Positions 12,203 to 25,785 of a DNA stretch of 64,000 nucleotides are shown piece after piece. This DNA comes from Escherichia coli (GTDB lineage: Bacteria; Pseudomonadota; Gammaproteobacteria; Enterobacterales; Enterobacteriaceae): the NCBI RefSeq assembly GCF_003334305.1, contig NZ_QOWS01000018.1, one strand, 5' to 3'. Each line of letters starts with the position of its first letter. Positions within the stretch are counted from its first letter, which is position 1. The translations under genes and the position numbers were made by a program. Below the pieces are notes generated by a model. That model did not search any database and had not been told where the DNA came from. It worked only from the letters and a program-made list of their open reading frames with translations.

Positions 12203-12213
12203 TCGTTCAGGGA

Positions 12214-12588
<375 letters not shown>

Positions 12589-13779
12589 TTACATGACGCG
12601 ACAGGCAAACCCTTTCAGATATAGCCCTTCCGGGTAGGTAGCGATCACCGGATGATCGGCTGCCTGACGGAACTGCTCTATAAATTGTACATCACGGCCG
12701 GCATCAATTGCGGCATCCGCGATGATTTTCTGAAATAAATCGCTGGTCATCAGACCGGAACAGGAGAAAGTCAGGAGAATACCGCCTTCATTCAGCAACT
12801 GAATCGCCAGCATGTTGATATCTTTATAGCCACGACACGCGCCCATCAACTGGCTTTTATTCTCAACAAACTTCGGCGGGTCCATCACGATAACGTCAAA
12901 TTTTTCACCGCGATCGCGATAAGTACGCAGCAATTTAAAGACATCATCACGGACAAACTCAGCCTTGCTCAGATCCAGTTTGTTCAGCTCAACGTTCTGC
13001 CGTGCAATATCCAGCGCTTCCTGGGAGGTATCAACGCTGACAACCTGGCTGCAACCGCCCATCAGTGCCGATACGGCGAAACCACCGGTATAGGAGAAAC
13101 AGTTCAGCACACGTTTATTTTCAACGTAGCGGCGGGTAGCCAGGCGGCTATCACGCTGGTCCAGGTAGTAGCCCGTTTTGTGTCCGTGCTGAATATCCAC
13201 CAGCAGTTTCATGCCGTGTTCTTCAATCGGCAGCAGGGCAGGTGGCAACTCGCCGGTGACGAGGCCCTGGGTCAGCTCCATCCCTTCTTTTTTACGTACC
13301 GCAACATCGCTGCGATCGTAAATCGCACATTCCGGGTACAGCGTTTGCAGGGCACTAATTAATGCCGCGCGCTGATATTCTGCGCCAGCACTCAGCAGTT
13401 GCAGCACCAGAAAATTACCGAAACGATCGATAGTAATACCCGGCAGGCCATCAGATTCTCCGGCGATTAAACGATAGCTGTCGAGGCCATCTTTTTGCGC
13501 CAGCCAGTCACGCCATTTTTGTGCTTGTTGCAAACGGCGGGAAAAAAAAGCAATGTCGATAGACTCAGACGGGTCAAACGTCCAGACGCGCGCCCGGATT
13601 TGCGAAGCTGGTGAATAAGCGCCGCGTGCTAACCATTTTCCCTGATGATCAACAATATCGATGGTTTCACCGAGGCTGGCTTTACCTTCCATGCGGGCAA
13701 CGGCCCCGGAAAAGACCCACGGATGGCGACGAAGTAATGATTTTTCGCGCCCTTTGGCTAACACTAAACGTACACTCAT
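12589..13779 (-). CDS. rlmI: 23S rRNA m5C1962 methyltransferase RlmI
   Basis: 396-aa [30 protein letters not shown]... with a SAM-MTase core (FSYTGGF, VIVMDPP). Confidence 0.95.
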   Translation of the reverse strand: MSVRLVLAKGREKSLLRRHPWVFSGAVARMEGKASLGETIDIVDHQGKWLARGAYSPASQIRARVWTFDPSESIDIAFFSRRLQQAQKWRDWLAQKDGLDSYRLIAGESDGLPGITIDRFGNFLVLQLLSAGAEYQRAALISALQTLYPECAIYDRSDVAVRKKEGMELTQGLVTGELPPALLPIEEHGMKLLVDIQHGHKTGYYLDQRDSRLATRRYVENKRVLNCFSYTGGFAVSALMGGCSQVVSVDTSQEALDIARQNVELNKLDLSKAEFVRDDVFKLLRTYRDRGEKFDVIVMDPPKFVENKSQLMGACRGYKDINMLAIQLLNEGGILLTFSCSGLMTSDLFQKIIADAAIDAGRDVQFIEQFRQAADHPVIATYPEGLYLKGFACRVM

Positions 13780-13873
13780 AATTTACTTTTCTGTCGATGC
13801 AAAGAAATGGGCGTCATTGTCCGGAGTTTTCCATGGATTTGCAACGCGTCCATTAAGGATAAGGAGAGCAGCA

Positions 13874-14152
13874 ATGTCGAAAGTCTGCATAATTGCCTGG
13901 GTTTACGGGCGAGTTCAGGGCGTAGGATTTCGCTACACCACACAGTATGAAGCGAAAAGACTGGGTTTAACCGGGTACGCCAAAAATCTTGACGATGGCA
14001 GCGTGGAAGTGGTTGCCTGCGGTGAAGAAGGGCAGGTGGAAAAATTAATGCAGTGGTTAAAGAGTGGCGGCCCGCGTTCTGCGCGTGTGGAACGGGTGCT
14101 TAGCGAGCCGCATCATCCCTCGGGGGAATTAGCCGATTTTCGTATCCGTTAA
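13874..14152 (+). CDS. yccX: Acylphosphatase
   Basis: 92-aa [27 protein letters not shown] (acylphosphatase VxGxVQGVxFR motif) with AAGGAG upstream. The longer track ORF overlapping rlmI is rejected. Confidence 0.93.
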
Positions 14153-14478
14153 ATACATTTTACCGGTTTTGGCAGGCCAGCAATTTTGGTGGCTTGCTTA
14201 GCCGGACCTTTCGGAAACAGTCGATATAAATAGCGGCTGTTACCTTTTTCTTCGCCAAATTTATTCGCCATCGCTTTTACCAGCATACGAATCGCCGGAG
14301 AAGTATTGAATTCCAGATAGAAATCACGCACAAAACGCACCACTTCCCAGTGTTCTGGCGACAGCGAAATCCCTTCGTTCTCTGCAATCACCACAGCCAG
14401 CGGCTCACTCCACTGGCTGCTTTCTTTGAGATAGCCTTCGGTATCCGTTTCTATCTCTTTACCTTCGAAGATCAGCAT
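14149..14478 (-). CDS. tusE: Sulfurtransferase TusE (DsrC family)
   Basis: 109-aa [25 protein letters not shown]...PKPVKCI, with the C-terminal Cys typical of TusE/DsrC. Confidence 0.93.
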
Positions 14479-14568
14479 AATTATTACTACCTTAATCAGA
14501 CTGGCGGCAGTGTAACAAAAAACAAAGCCCCGCATAAAGCGAGGCTATGAAAGTGTTAGCGGGTGAGA

Positions 14569-15228
14569 TTAATCGCGGCTAGCGAAGCCCAGAATGCTCA
14601 GCAGGCTGACGAAGATGTTGTACAGCGAAACATACAGGCTAACCGTGGCACGAATATAGTTCGTCTCACCGCCATGAATGATGTTGCTGGTTTCAAACAA
14701 GATAGCGCCAGAGGAGATCAGAATGAAGACCGCGCTGATCGCCAGATGCAGAGCAGGCAGTTGCAGGAAGATATTAGCAACCATACCAATCAGCACCACC
14801 ACAATACCCGCCATCAGCATACCGCCGAGGAACGACATATCTTTGCGGGTGGTCAGCACATATGCAGAGCAGCAGAAGAACACTAACGCCGTTCCGCCCA
14901 GTGCCATAGCGATTACGTCACCCATTCCGGCAGACAGATAGGTGTTCAGAATAGGTCCGAGGATATAACCCAGAAAACCGGTAAAGGCGAATGCGGAGAT
15001 AATCCCGGTCGGCTTATTCGCCGTTTTATAGGTCAGGAACATCAAACCATACATACCCACCAGCGTCAGAATCAGACCCGGAGATGGCAGCATCAGCACC
15101 GTACTGGCAGTTGCGGTAATCGCCGAAAAGGCCAGCGTCAGGCTCAGCAGAAAATAGGTATTACGCAGCACCTTATGGGTGCTAAGCAGTGATGTACGGT
15201 CATGTGAAGAACTAACAATACGATCCAT
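14569..15228 (-). CDS. yccA: BAX-inhibitor-1 family membrane protein YccA (FtsH modulator)
   Basis: 219-aa polytopic [32 protein letters not shown]..., recognised as YccA. Confidence 0.94.
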   Translation of the reverse strand: MDRIVSSSHDRTSLLSTHKVLRNTYFLLSLTLAFSAITATASTVLMLPSPGLILTLVGMYGLMFLTYKTANKPTGIISAFAFTGFLGYILGPILNTYLSAGMGDVIAMALGGTALVFFCCSAYVLTTRKDMSFLGGMLMAGIVVVLIGMVANIFLQLPALHLAISAVFILISSGAILFETSNIIHGGETNYIRATVSLYVSLYNIFVSLLSILGFASRD

Positions 15229-15434
15229 TGAGTCACTCTCTATGACAGATGTAATTAATTAAGCAGCATAATGATAATGCGTAAGGGCACCCAGAAGTTT
15301 TACCCATCTTTACGCATTTGATCTGGAACAGGTTTAACAGCGGATTATCAGGTCATTAAGCAAATATAACGCCCTGAGAATTTCGACAGGCAAAAGAAAA
15401 AGGGGTTAGCATTTAGCTAACCCCTTATCTTATT

Positions 15435-15522
15435 TGGCGGAAGCGCAGAGATTCGAACTCTGGAACCCTTTCGGGTCGCCGGTTTTCAAGACCGGTGCCT
15501 TCAACCGCTCGGCCACACTTCC
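15435..15522 (-). tRNA. serT: tRNA-Ser (anticodon UGA)
   Basis: The complement reads GGAAGTGTGGCCGAGCGGTTGAAGGCACCGGTCTTGAAAACCGGCGACCCGAAAGGGTTCCAGAGTTCGAATCTCTGCGCTTCCGCCA. It is 88 nt with a long variable arm, a T-arm GTTCGAATC, anticodon loop CU-UGA-AA and an encoded CCA. Confidence 0.95.
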
Positions 15523-15948
15523 GGAATGACGCGCACTATAAACATCCCGATGCGGCGTGTAAACCCCTAATTTGTTTGTTTGCCTGAAAAACAGCCAAAA
15601 GTGCATTGATAGCGTGAAATAACAGCAGATTGATCATTTCATCACCATGAATTCCTTCTCTTTTACTCGTTTAGCAACCGGCTAAACATCCCCACCGCCC
15701 GGCCAAAAGAAAAATAGGTCCATTTTTATCGCTAAAAGATAAATCCACACAGTTTGTATTGTTTTGTGCAAAAGTTTCACTACGCTTTATTAACAATACT
15801 TTCTGGCGACGTGTGCCAGTGCAGAAGGATGAGCTTTCGTTTTCAGCATCTCACGTGAAGCGATGGTTTGCCTTGCTACAGGGACGTCGCTTGCCGACCA
15901 TGTGCGCCCGGTGTCCTGCCGGTGTCGCAAGGAGAAGAGACGTGCGAT

Positions 15949-17067
15949 ATGAATAACGAGGAAACATTTTACCAGGCCATGCGGCGTCAGGGCGTTACCC
16001 GGCGCAGCTTTCTCAAATATTGTAGTCTGGCTGCCACGTCGCTGGGATTAGGCGCGGGAATGGCACCAAAGATTGCCTGGGCGCTGGAGAACAAACCCCG
16101 CATTCCGGTGGTATGGATCCACGGTCTGGAATGCACCTGCTGTACCGAATCTTTTATCCGCTCCGCTCACCCACTGGCGAAGGACGTCATCCTTTCCCTG
16201 ATTTCCCTCGATTACGACGATACTTTGATGGCTGCCGCCGGAACCCAGGCGGAAGAAGTCTTTGAAGACATCATCGCGCAATACAATGGCAAATATATCC
16301 TCGCAGTAGAAGGTAATCCGCCGCTGGGCGAGCAGGGGATGTTCTGTATCAGCAGCGGTCGACCGTTTATTGAGAAACTCAAACGTGCCGCTGCCGGAGC
16401 CAGCGCGATTATCGCCTGGGGAACCTGCGCGTCCTGGGGCTGCGTGCAGGCCGCGCGGCCCAATCCGACGCAGGCAACGCCTATCGACAAAGTCATCACC
16501 GACAAACCCATTATCAAAGTACCTGGCTGCCCGCCGATCCCGGATGTGATGAGCGCCATCATTACTTACATGGTGACCTTTGATCGCTTGCCAGATGTCG
16601 ACAGAATGGGCCGTCCATTGATGTTCTATGGTCAGCGAATCCACGATAAATGCTATCGCCGCGCCCACTTCGACGCCGGAGAGTTCGTCCAGAGTTGGGA
16701 TGATGACGCTGCCCGCAAAGGTTACTGCCTGTACAAAATGGGTTGCAAAGGGCCAACCACCTATAACGCCTGTTCCTCCACCCGCTGGAATGATGGCGTT
16801 TCTTTCCCAATCCAGTCTGGTCACGGCTGCCTGGGCTGTGCGGAAAATGGTTTCTGGGATCGAGGTTCGTTCTACAGCCGCGTGGTCGATATTCCGCAAA
16901 TGGGTACCCATTCCACCGCCGATACCGTCGGTTTAACCGCACTTGGCGTGGTGGCAGCGGCTGTTGGTGTGCACGCAGTCGCCAGCGCCGTTGACCAGCG
17001 CAGACGCCATAACCAGCAACCTACAGAAACCGAACATCAGCCAGGCAATGAGGATAAACAGGCATGA
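15949..17067 (+). CDS. hyaA: Hydrogenase-1 small subunit
   Basis: 372-aa [29 protein letters not shown] with a twin-arginine signal (RRSFLK). Start trimmed from the track ORF. Confidence 0.95.
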   Translation: MNNEETFYQAMRRQGVTRRSFLKYCSLAATSLGLGAGMAPKIAWALENKPRIPVVWIHGLECTCCTESFIRSAHPLAKDVILSLISLDYDDTLMAAAGTQAEEVFEDIIAQYNGKYILAVEGNPPLGEQGMFCISSGRPFIEKLKRAAAGASAIIAWGTCASWGCVQAARPNPTQATPIDKVITDKPIIKVPGCPPIPDVMSAIITYMVTFDRLPDVDRMGRPLMFYGQRIHDKCYRRAHFDAGEFVQSWDDDAARKGYCLYKMGCKGPTTYNACSSTRWNDGVSFPIQSGHGCLGCAENGFWDRGSFYSRVVDIPQMGTHSTADTVGLTALGVVAAAVGVHAVASAVDQRRRHNQQPTETEHQPGNEDKQA

Positions 17068-18857
17068 GCACTCAGTACGAAACTCAGGGATACACCATCA
17101 ATAATGCCGGACGCCGCCTGGTGGTTGACCCGATTACGCGCATCGAAGGCCACATGCGCTGCGAAGTGAATATTAACGATCAGAATGTGATCACCAATGC
17201 CGTTTCCTGCGGCACCATGTTTCGCGGGCTGGAGATCATCCTGCAAGGGCGCGACCCGCGCGATGCGTGGGCGTTCGTTGAACGTATCTGCGGCGTCTGT
17301 ACTGGCGTACATGCCCTGGCTTCAGTTTACGCCATCGAAGATGCCATCGGTATTAAAGTGCCGGACAACGCCAATATCATCCGTAACATTATGCTGGCAA
17401 CGCTCTGGTGCCACGATCACCTGGTGCACTTCTATCAGCTTGCCGGGATGGACTGGATCGATGTGTTAGATGCGCTGAAAGCCGACCCGCGGAAAACCTC
17501 CGAACTGGCGCAAAGTCTCTCCTCATGGCCGAAATCATCCCCTGGCTATTTCTTCGACGTACAAAATCGCCTGAAGAAATTCGTTGAAGGCGGGCAGTTG
17601 GGGATCTTCCGCAATGGCTACTGGGGGCACCCGCAGTACAAACTGCCGCCAGAAGCTAACCTGATGGGCTTTGCCCACTACCTCGAAGCTCTCGATTTCC
17701 AGCGTGAAATTGTGAAAATCCACGCGGTCTTTGGCGGTAAAAACCCGCATCCAAACTGGATTGTCGGCGGGATGCCTTGCGCCATTAACATTGACGAAAG
17801 CGGCGCGGTCGGGGCGGTCAATATGGAACGCCTGAACCTGGTGCAGTCGATTATCACCCGCACGGCAGACTTCATTAACAACGTGATGATCCCCGACGCC
17901 TTAGCCATCGGTCAGTTCAACAAACCGTGGAGCGAAATCGGCACGGGTCTTTCTGATAAATGTGTCCTCAGCTACGGCGCATTCCCGGATATTGCCAACG
18001 ACTTTGGTGAGAAAAGTCTGCTGATGCCTGGCGGCGCGGTGATTAACGGCGACTTCAACAATGTGCTGCCAGTGGATTTGGTTGATCCGCAGCAGGTGCA
18101 GGAGTTTGTCGATCACGCCTGGTATCGTTATCCCAACGATCAGGTCGGGCGTCATCCATTCGATGGCATTACCGACCCGTGGTACAACCCCGGCGATGTC
18201 AAAGGCAGCGATACCAACATTCAGCAACTGAATGAACAGGAACGCTACTCGTGGATCAAAGCGCCACGCTGGCGCGGTAACGCGATGGAAGTGGGGCCGC
18301 TGGCACGCACGTTAATCGCTTATCACAAAGGCGATGCTGCGACCGTTGAGTCGGTCGATCGCATGATGTCGGCGTTGAACCTGCCGCTTTCCGGTATCCA
18401 GTCAACGTTAGGCCGCATTTTGTGCCGCGCGCACGAAGCGCAGTGGGCCGCAGGTAAGTTGCAGTATTTCTTCGACAAGCTGATGACCAACCTGAAAAAC
18501 GGCAATCTCGCCACTGCTTCCACGGAAAAATGGGAACCTGCAACCTGGCCGACAGAGTGCCGTGGTGTCGGTTTTACCGAAGCGCCGCGCGGGGCGTTAG
18601 GCCACTGGGCCGCCATTCGCGATGGCAAGATTGATCTCTATCAGTGCGTGGTGCCGACCACCTGGAACGCCAGCCCGCGCGATCCCAAAGGGCAGATTGG
18701 CGCTTATGAAGCGGCGCTGATGAACACCAAAATGGCGATCCCCGAGCAACCGCTGGAGATCCTGCGTACTCTGCACAGCTTTGACCCGTGCCTCGCCTGT
18801 TCAACACACGTGCTGGGCGACGACGGTAGCGAGCTGATCTCCGTGCAGGTGCGTTAA
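17064..18857 (+). CDS. hyaB: Hydrogenase-1 large subunit ([NiFe])
   Basis: 597-aa ORF with N-terminal RICGVC and C-terminal DPCLACSTH Ni-binding motifs. Overlaps the hyaA stop. Confidence 0.96.
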   Translation: MSTQYETQGYTINNAGRRLVVDPITRIEGHMRCEVNINDQNVITNAVSCGTMFRGLEIILQGRDPRDAWAFVERICGVCTGVHALASVYAIEDAIGIKVPDNANIIRNIMLATLWCHDHLVHFYQLAGMDWIDVLDALKADPRKTSELAQSLSSWPKSSPGYFFDVQNRLKKFVEGGQLGIFRNGYWGHPQYKLPPEANLMGFAHYLEALDFQREIVKIHAVFGGKNPHPNWIVGGMPCAINIDESGAVGAVNMERLNLVQSIITRTADFINNVMIPDALAIGQFNKPWSEIGTGLSDKCVLSYGAFPDIANDFGEKSLLMPGGAVINGDFNNVLPVDLVDPQQVQEFVDHAWYRYPNDQVGRHPFDGITDPWYNPGDVKGSDTNIQQLNEQERYSWIKAPRWRGNAMEVGPLARTLIAYHKGDAATVESVDRMMSALNLPLSGIQSTLGRILCRAHEAQWAAGKLQYFFDKLMTNLKNGNLATASTEKWEPATWPTECRGVGFTEAPRGALGHWAAIRDGKIDLYQCVVPTTWNASPRDPKGQIGAYEAALMNTKMAIPEQPLEILRTLHSFDPCLACSTHVLGDDGSELISVQVR

Positions 18858-18875
18858 CAGCGAAGGAGAATCATC

Positions 18876-19583
18876 ATGCAACAGAAAAGCGACAACGTTG
18901 TCAGCCACTATGTCTTTGAAGCGCCAGTCCGCATCTGGCACTGGTTGACGGTGTTATGCATGGCGGTGTTGATGGTCACCGGATACTTTATCGGCAAGCC
19001 GCTACCTTCCGTCAGCGGCGAGGCGACGTATCTGTTCTATATGGGCTACATCAGGTTAATTCACTTCAGCGCCGGGATGGTTTTTACCGTGGTTTTGCTG
19101 ATGCGGATCTACTGGGCTTTTGTTGGCAATCGATACTCCCGCGAGCTGTTTATCGTGCCGGTATGGCGTAAAAGCTGGTGGCAGGGCGTGTGGTATGAAA
19201 TCCGCTGGTATCTGTTTCTGGCAAAACGTCCGAGTGCCGATATAGGCCATAATCCCATCGCCCAGGCGGCGATGTTCGGCTATTTCCTGATGTCGGTCTT
19301 TATGATCATCACTGGTTTTGCGCTGTACAGCGAACACAGCCAGTACGCTATTTTTGCGCCGTTCCGTTATGTGGTGGAATTTTTCTACTGGACGGGTGGC
19401 AACTCAATGGACATTCACAGCTGGCATCGGCTGGGGATGTGGCTGATTGGCGCGTTTGTGATCGGTCATGTCTACATGGCACTGCGTGAAGACATCATGT
19501 CCGACGACACGGTGATCTCCACCATGGTCAACGGCTACCGTAGCCACAAATTTGGCAAAATAAGTAACAAGGAGCGTTCATGA
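18876..19583 (+). CDS. hyaC: Hydrogenase-1 b-type cytochrome subunit
   Basis: 235-aa membrane ORF directly after hyaB. Recognised as HyaC. Confidence 0.94.
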
Positions 19584-20167
19584 GCGAGCAACGCGTGGTG
19601 GTCATGGGGCTGGGCAACCTGCTGTGGGCCGATGAAGGCTTCGGCGTGCGGGTGGCGGAACGGCTGTATGCCCATTACCACTGGCCCGAGTATGTGGAGA
19701 TTGTCGATGGCGGTACTCAGGGACTGAACTTGCTGGGGTATGTCGAAAGCGCCAGCCATCTGTTGATTCTCGATGCCATTGACTACGGGCTGGAACCTGG
19801 AACGCTGCGAACCTATGCCGGAGAACGCATTCCGGCTTATCTCAGCGCGAAGAAAATGAGCCTGCATCAGAACAGTTTCTCCGAAGTGTTGGCGCTGGCG
19901 GATATCCGCGGACATCTGCCAGCACATATTGCCCTCGTCGGTCTGCAACCCGCAATGCTCGACGACTACGGCGGTAGCCTGAGCGAACTGGCACGGGAGC
20001 AACTGCCCGCTGCGGAACAGGCGGCGCTGGCGCAGCTGGCTGCGTGGGGAATTGTGCCGCAACCGGCTAATGAATCGCGCTGTCTCAATTATGACTGTCT
20101 GTCGATGGAAAATTACGAAGGCGTTCGCTTGCGCCAGTACCGGATGACACAGGAGGAGCAGGGATGA
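19580..20167 (+). CDS. hyaD: Hydrogenase-1 maturation endopeptidase
   Basis: 195-aa [25 protein letters not shown] (HybD/HyaD family motif), translationally coupled to hyaC. Confidence 0.94.
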
Positions 20168-20562
20168 GCAACGACACGCCATTTGATGCGTTGTGGCAAC
20201 GAATGCTGGCGCGCGGCTGGACGCCAGTCAGTGAATCCCGTCTTGACGACTGGCTTACGCAAGCGCCAGACGGCGTGGTGTTATTAAGCAGTGACCCGAA
20301 ACGCACGCCAGAGGTCAGCGATAATCCGGTAATGATTGGCGAATTACTGCGCGAGTTTCCCGACTATACATGGCAGGTGGCGATTGCTGACCTTGAGCAG
20401 AGCGAAGCCATCGGCGATCGCTTTGGCGTCTTTCGCTTTCCTGCCACTTTAGTGTTTACCGGCGGAAACTATCGCGGCGTGCTGAATGGTATTCACCCGT
20501 GGGCGGAACTGATAAACCTGATGCGCGGGCTTGTCGAATCGCAGCAGGAGCGTGCCTCATGA
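20164..20562 (+). CDS. hyaE: Hydrogenase-1 operon chaperone HyaE
   Basis: 132-aa ORF in operon position. Recognised as HyaE. Confidence 0.92.
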
Positions 20563-21416
20563 GCGAAACTTTTTTCCATCTGCTGGGGCCAGGAACGCAA
20601 CCGAACGATGACAGTTTCAGCATGAATCCACTGCCGATCACCTGTCAGGTGAATGATGAACCGAGTATGGCGGCCCTGGAGCAATGTGCTCACAGCCCGC
20701 AGGTGATTGCGCTGTTAAACGAGTTACAACATCAACTAAGCGAACGCCAACCGCCGTTGGGCGAGGTGCTGGCAGTCGATCTGTTAAATCTCAACGCCGA
20801 CGATCGTCACTTTATCAATACGCTTCTCGGGGAAGGGGAAGTGTCAGTGCGCATTCAGCAGGCTGACGACAGTGAAAGTGAAATACAGGAGGCGATCTTC
20901 TGCGGATTATGGCGGGTGCGCAGACGTCGCGGCGAAAAGTTGCTGGAGGACAAACTGGAGGCTGGCTGCGCGCCGCTGGCGTTGTGGCAGGCGGCAACGC
21001 AAAATCTCTTGCCGACAGATTCGCTGTTACCGCCGCCCATTGATGGCCTGATGAATAGCCTACCGTTGGCGCATGAGTTACTGGCACATGTACGTAACCC
21101 CGACGCGCAGCCGCACAGCATTAATCTGACGCAATTACCCATCAGCGAGGCTGATCGGCTTTTTCTCTCACGTCTCTGTGGGCCGGGAAATATTCAGATT
21201 CGTACCATTGGCTATGGCGAGAGCTATATCAACGCCACGGGGTTACGCCATGTCTGGCATTTACGCTGTACGGACACCTTAAAAGGCCCGTTACTGGAAA
21301 GTTATGAAATCAGCCCAATACCGGAAGTGGTGCTGGCAGCGCCAGAAGATTTGGTCGACTCTGCGCAGCGGCTTAGCGAGGTATGTCAGTGGCTGGCGGA
21401 AGCTGCACCGACGTAA
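20559..21416 (+). CDS. hyaF: Hydrogenase-1 maturation protein HyaF
   Basis: 285-aa [20 protein letters not shown] with an ATGA overlap onto the hyaE stop. The track ORF N-terminal extension is rejected. Confidence 0.92.
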   Translation: MSETFFHLLGPGTQPNDDSFSMNPLPITCQVNDEPSMAALEQCAHSPQVIALLNELQHQLSERQPPLGEVLAVDLLNLNADDRHFINTLLGEGEVSVRIQQADDSESEIQEAIFCGLWRVRRRRGEKLLEDKLEAGCAPLALWQAATQNLLPTDSLLPPPIDGLMNSLPLAHELLAHVRNPDAQPHSINLTQLPISEADRLFLSRLCGPGNIQIRTIGYGESYINATGLRHVWHLRCTDTLKGPLLESYEISPIPEVVLAAPEDLVDSAQRLSEVCQWLAEAAPT

Positions 21417-21549
21417 AAAGACGGTAAGTATCGCTTTCAGTCTTATGAATATCGCAATCGGCGAATACCTCTGGTCGTAGAGTTTCAGGATAAAGAGGGA
21501 GATCTACCATTATCGGGTTATTTTTCTCTCTTCGCCTACAGGAGTGCGC

Positions 21550-23094
21550 ATGTGGGATGTCATTGATTTATCGCGCTGGCAGTTTGCTCTGACCGCGCTG
21601 TATCACTTTTTATTTGTACCCCTTACCCTGGGGCTGATTTTTTTGCTGGCTATCATGGAAACCATTTACGTGGTCACCGGCAAAACAATCTACCGCGATA
21701 TGACGCGCTTCTGGGGTAAGCTCTTCGGTATCAATTTTGCTCTTGGCGTGGCTACCGGCCTGACCATGGAGTTTCAGTTTGGTACTAACTGGTCATTCTA
21801 TTCCAACTATGTGGGCGATATTTTTGGCGCACCACTGGCGATGGAAGCATTAATGGCCTTCTTCCTCGAATCCACCTTTGTCGGGCTGTTCTTCTTCGGC
21901 TGGCAGCGGCTGAATAAATACCAGCACCTGCTGGTGACGTGGCTGGTGGCGTTCGGTTCAAATCTCTCTGCATTGTGGATATTGAATGCCAACGGTTGGA
22001 TGCAATACCCGACCGGTGCGCATTTTGATATCGACACCCTGCGTATGGAGATGACCAGCTTCAGCGAGCTGGTCTTTAACCCGGTCAGCCAGGTGAAATT
22101 TGTGCACACCGTAATGGCGGGCTACGTGACCGGGGCCATGTTTATTATGGCGATCAGCGCCTGGTATTTACTGCGCGGACGGGAGCGCGATGTCGCATTA
22201 CGTTCGTTTGCCATCGGTTCCGTCTTCGGTACTCTGGCGATTATCGGTACCCTGCAACTCGGAGACAGTTCTGCGTATGAAGTCGCGCAAGTACAACCGG
22301 TAAAACTGGCGGCGATGGAAGGGGAGTGGCAAACGGAACCTGCACCTGCACCGTTCCATGTGGTTGCCTGGCCGGAACAGGATCAAGAGCGTAACGCCTT
22401 TGCCATCAAAATTCCCGCGCTGCTAGGGATCCTCGCCACTCACTCATTAGATAAACCCGTGCCGGGTCTGAAGAATTTGATGGCTGAAACCTACCCACGC
22501 TTGCAACGCGGACGTATGGCCTGGCTGTTAATGCAGGAAATATCGCAAGGCAATCGTGAGCCGCATGTGTTGCAGGCATTCCGGGAACTGGAAGGTGACC
22601 TGGGCTACGGCATGTTGCTCTCCCGCTATGCGCCGGATATGAATCATGTCACAGCCGCACAGTACCAGGCGGCGATGCGTGGCGCGATACCTCAGGTTGC
22701 GCCGGTATTCTGGAGTTTCCGCATCATGGTGGGCTGTGGTTCCCTGCTGCTACTGGTGATGCTGATTGCGCTTGTCCAGACGCTGCGTGGCAAAATCGAC
22801 CAGCATCGCTGGGTGCTGAAAATGGCGCTCTGGAGTTTGCCGTTGCCGTGGATTGCGATTGAAGCCGGGTGGTTTATGACCGAGTTTGGTCGTCAGCCGT
22901 GGGCGATACAGGACATCTTACCGACATACTCCGCGCACTCCGCTTTAACCACAGGACAACTGGCTTTCTCACTGATCATGATCGTAGGGCTTTACACCCT
23001 GTTCTTAATCGCCGAAGTCTACCTGATGCAGAAATATGCCCGTCTGGGGCCGAGCGCGATGCAGAGTGAACAACCGACGCAGCAACAGGGGTAA
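21550..23094 (+). CDS. appC: Cytochrome bd-II oxidase subunit I
   Basis: 514-aa [28 protein letters not shown], recognised as AppC/CbdA. Confidence 0.95.
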
Positions 23095-23105
23095 AGGAGA
23101 AAATC

Positions 23106-24242
23106 ATGTTTGATTATGAAACATTGCGCTTCATCTGGTGGCTGCTGATTGGCGTGATCCTGGTGGTCTTTATGATCTCCGACGGATTTGACATGGGGAT
23201 CGGCTGTCTGCTGCCGCTGGTGGCGCGTAATGATGATGAACGCCGGATAGTGATAAACAGCGTTGGTGCACACTGGGAAGGCAACCAGGTCTGGTTGATC
23301 CTCGCTGGTGGGGCATTATTTGCCGCCTGGCCCAGAGTGTATGCAGCGGCGTTTTCCGGCTTTTATGTGGCGATGATCCTGGTGCTGTGCTCACTGTTCT
23401 TCCGCCCGCTGGCCTTTGATTATCGCGGAAAAATCGCCGATGCACGCTGGCGTAAAATGTGGGACGCCGGTCTGGTCATCGGCAGTCTGGTGCCGCCGGT
23501 AGTCTTCGGTATCGCCTTCGGCAACTTGTTGCTCGGCGTGCCGTTTGCCTTCACACCGCAATTACGCGTGGAGTATCTTGGCAGCTTCTGGCAACTGCTG
23601 ACGCCATTCCCTTTATTGTGCGGATTGCTCAGCCTTGGGATGGTGATTTTGCAAGGTGGCGTCTGGTTACAACTGAAAACTGTTGGTGTGATTCATCTGC
23701 GTTCACAGCTGGCCACCAAACGCGCTGCACTGTTGGTGATGCTGTGCTTTTTGCTGGCGGGTTACTGGCTGTGGGTCGGTATTGATGGCTTTGTACTGCT
23801 CGCCCAGGATGCTAACGGTCCTTCCAATCCGTTAATGAAACTGGTGGCAGTGCTACCTGGTGCCTGGATGAATAATTTCGTCGAATCGCCCGTTTTGTGG
23901 ATCTTCCCGCTGCTGGGGTTCTTCTGCCCATTGCTGACGGTGATGGCGATTTATCGTGGTCGCCCGGGTTGGGGATTTTTAATGGCGTCATTGATGCAAT
24001 TTGGCGTGATTTTCACGGCAGGCATCACGCTGTTCCCCTTTGTCATGCCGTCAAGCGTGAGTCCAATCTCCAGCCTGACGTTGTGGGACAGCACTTCCAG
24101 TCAGCTGACGCTGAGCATTATGTTGGTAATCGTGCTGATATTTTTGCCCATTGTGTTGCTCTACACTCTCTGGAGCTACTACAAAATGTGGGGACGCATG
24201 ACAACAGAAACTCTCCGCCGTAACGAAAACGAGTTGTACTAA
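23106..24242 (+). CDS. appB: Cytochrome bd-II oxidase subunit II
   Basis: 378-aa polytopic [23 protein letters not shown], recognised as AppB/CbdB. Confidence 0.95.
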
Positions 24243-24254
24243 GGAGCAGGAACA

Positions 24255-24347
24255 ATGTGGTATTTACTTTGGTTCGTCGGCATTTTGTTGATGTGTTCGC
24301 TCTCCACCCTTGTGTTGGTATGGCTGGACCCGCGTCTGAAAAGTTAA
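24255..24347 (+). CDS. appX: Cytochrome bd-II small subunit AppX (30 aa)
   Basis: Hand-translated; below the track size cutoff. AAGGAG is followed by ATG and MWYLLWFVGILLMCSLSTLVLVWLDPRLKS, a single TM segment of the CydX/AppX family, directly after appB. Confidence 0.85.
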   Translation: MWYLLWFVGILLMCSLSTLVLVWLDPRLKS

Positions 24348-24352
24348 CGAAC

Positions 24353-24390
24353 GTAGGCCTGATGCGGCGCATTAGCATCGCATCAGGCAA
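24353..24390. repeat. REP (repetitive extragenic palindrome) element
   Basis: GTAGGCCTGATGCGGCGCATTAGCATCGCATCAGGC, the typical E. coli REP palindrome, lies between appX and appA. Confidence 0.8.
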
Positions 24391-24426
24391 TCAATAATGT
24401 CAGATATGAAAAGCGGAAACATATCG

Positions 24427-25725
24427 ATGAAAGCGATCTTAATCCCATTTTTATCTCTTCTGATTCCGTTAACCCCGCAATCTGCATTCGCTCAGAGTGA
24501 GCCGGAGCTGAAGCTGGAAAGTGTGGTGATTGTCAGTCGTCATGGTGTGCGTGCTCCAACCAAGGCCACGCAACTGATGCAGGATGTCACCCCAGACGCA
24601 TGGCCAACCTGGCCGGTAAAACTGGGTTGGCTGACACCGCGCGGTGGTGAGCTAATCGCCTATCTCGGACATTACCAACGCCAGCGTCTGGTAGCCGACG
24701 GATTGCTGGCGAAAAAGGGCTGCCCGCAGTCTGGTCAGGTCGCGATTATTGCTGATGTCGACGAGCGTACCCGTAAAACAGGCGAAGCCTTCGCCGCCGG
24801 GCTGGCACCTGACTGTGCAATAACCGTACATACCCAGGCAGATACGTCCAGTCCCGATCCGTTATTTAATCCTCTAAAAACTGGCGTTTGCCAACTGGAT
24901 AATGCGAACGTGACTGACGCGATCCTCAGCAGGGCAGGAGGGTCAATTGCTGACTTTACCGGGCATCGGCAAACGGCGTTTCGCGAACTGGAACGGGTGC
25001 TTAATTTTCCGCAATCAAACTTGTGCCTTAAACGTGAGAAACAGGACGAAAGCTGTTCATTAACGCAGGCATTACCATCGGAACTCAAGGTGAGCGCCGA
25101 CAATGTCTCATTAACCGGTGCGGTAAGCCTCGCATCAATGCTGACGGAGATATTTCTCCTGCAACAAGCACAGGGAATGCCGGAGCCGGGGTGGGGAAGG
25201 ATCACCGATTCACACCAGTGGAACACCTTGCTAAGTTTGCATAACGCGCAATTTTATTTGCTACAACGCACGCCAGAGGTTGCCCGCAGCCGCGCCACCC
25301 CGTTATTAGATTTGATCAAGACAGCGTTGACGCCCCATCCACCGCAAAAACAGGCGTATGGTGTGACATTACCCACTTCAGTGCTGTTTATCGCCGGACA
25401 CGATACTAATCTGGCAAATCTCGGCGGCGCACTGGAGCTCAACTGGACGCTTCCCGGTCAGCCGGATAACACGCCGCCAGGTGGTGAACTGGTGTTTGAA
25501 CGCTGGCGTCGGCTAAGCGATAACAGCCAGTGGATTCAGGTTTCGCTGGTCTTCCAGACTTTACAGCAGATGCGTGATAAAACGCCGCTGTCATTAAATA
25601 CGCCGCCCGGAGAGGTGAAACTGACCCTGGCAGGATGTGAAGAGCGAAATGCGCAGGGCATGTGTTCGTTGGCAGGTTTTACGCAAATCGTGAATGAAGC
25701 ACGCATACCGGCGTGCAGTTTGTAA
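24427..25725 (+). CDS. appA: Periplasmic acid phosphatase / phytase AppA
   Basis: 432-aa MKAILIPFLSLLIPLTPQSAFA signal peptide and the histidine acid phosphatase motif RHGVRAPT. Start trimmed from the track ORF. Confidence 0.95.
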   Translation: MKAILIPFLSLLIPLTPQSAFAQSEPELKLESVVIVSRHGVRAPTKATQLMQDVTPDAWPTWPVKLGWLTPRGGELIAYLGHYQRQRLVADGLLAKKGCPQSGQVAIIADVDERTRKTGEAFAAGLAPDCAITVHTQADTSSPDPLFNPLKTGVCQLDNANVTDAILSRAGGSIADFTGHRQTAFRELERVLNFPQSNLCLKREKQDESCSLTQALPSELKVSADNVSLTGAVSLASMLTEIFLLQQAQGMPEPGWGRITDSHQWNTLLSLHNAQFYLLQRTPEVARSRATPLLDLIKTALTPHPPQKQAYGVTLPTSVLFIAGHDTNLANLGGALELNWTLPGQPDNTPPGGELVFERWRRLSDNSQWIQVSLVFQTLQQMRDKTPLSLNTPPGEVKLTLAGCEERNAQGMCSLAGFTQIVNEARIPACSL

Positions 25726-25785
25726 TGCATAAAAAAGAGCATTCAGTTACCTGAATGCTCTGAGGCTGATGACAAACGAAGAACT

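Noticed and set aside
16048-16942. 287-, 116- and 126-aa minus-strand ORFs inside hyaA
   Set aside because: They are antisense shadow ORFs within a confidently identified hydrogenase small-subunit gene.
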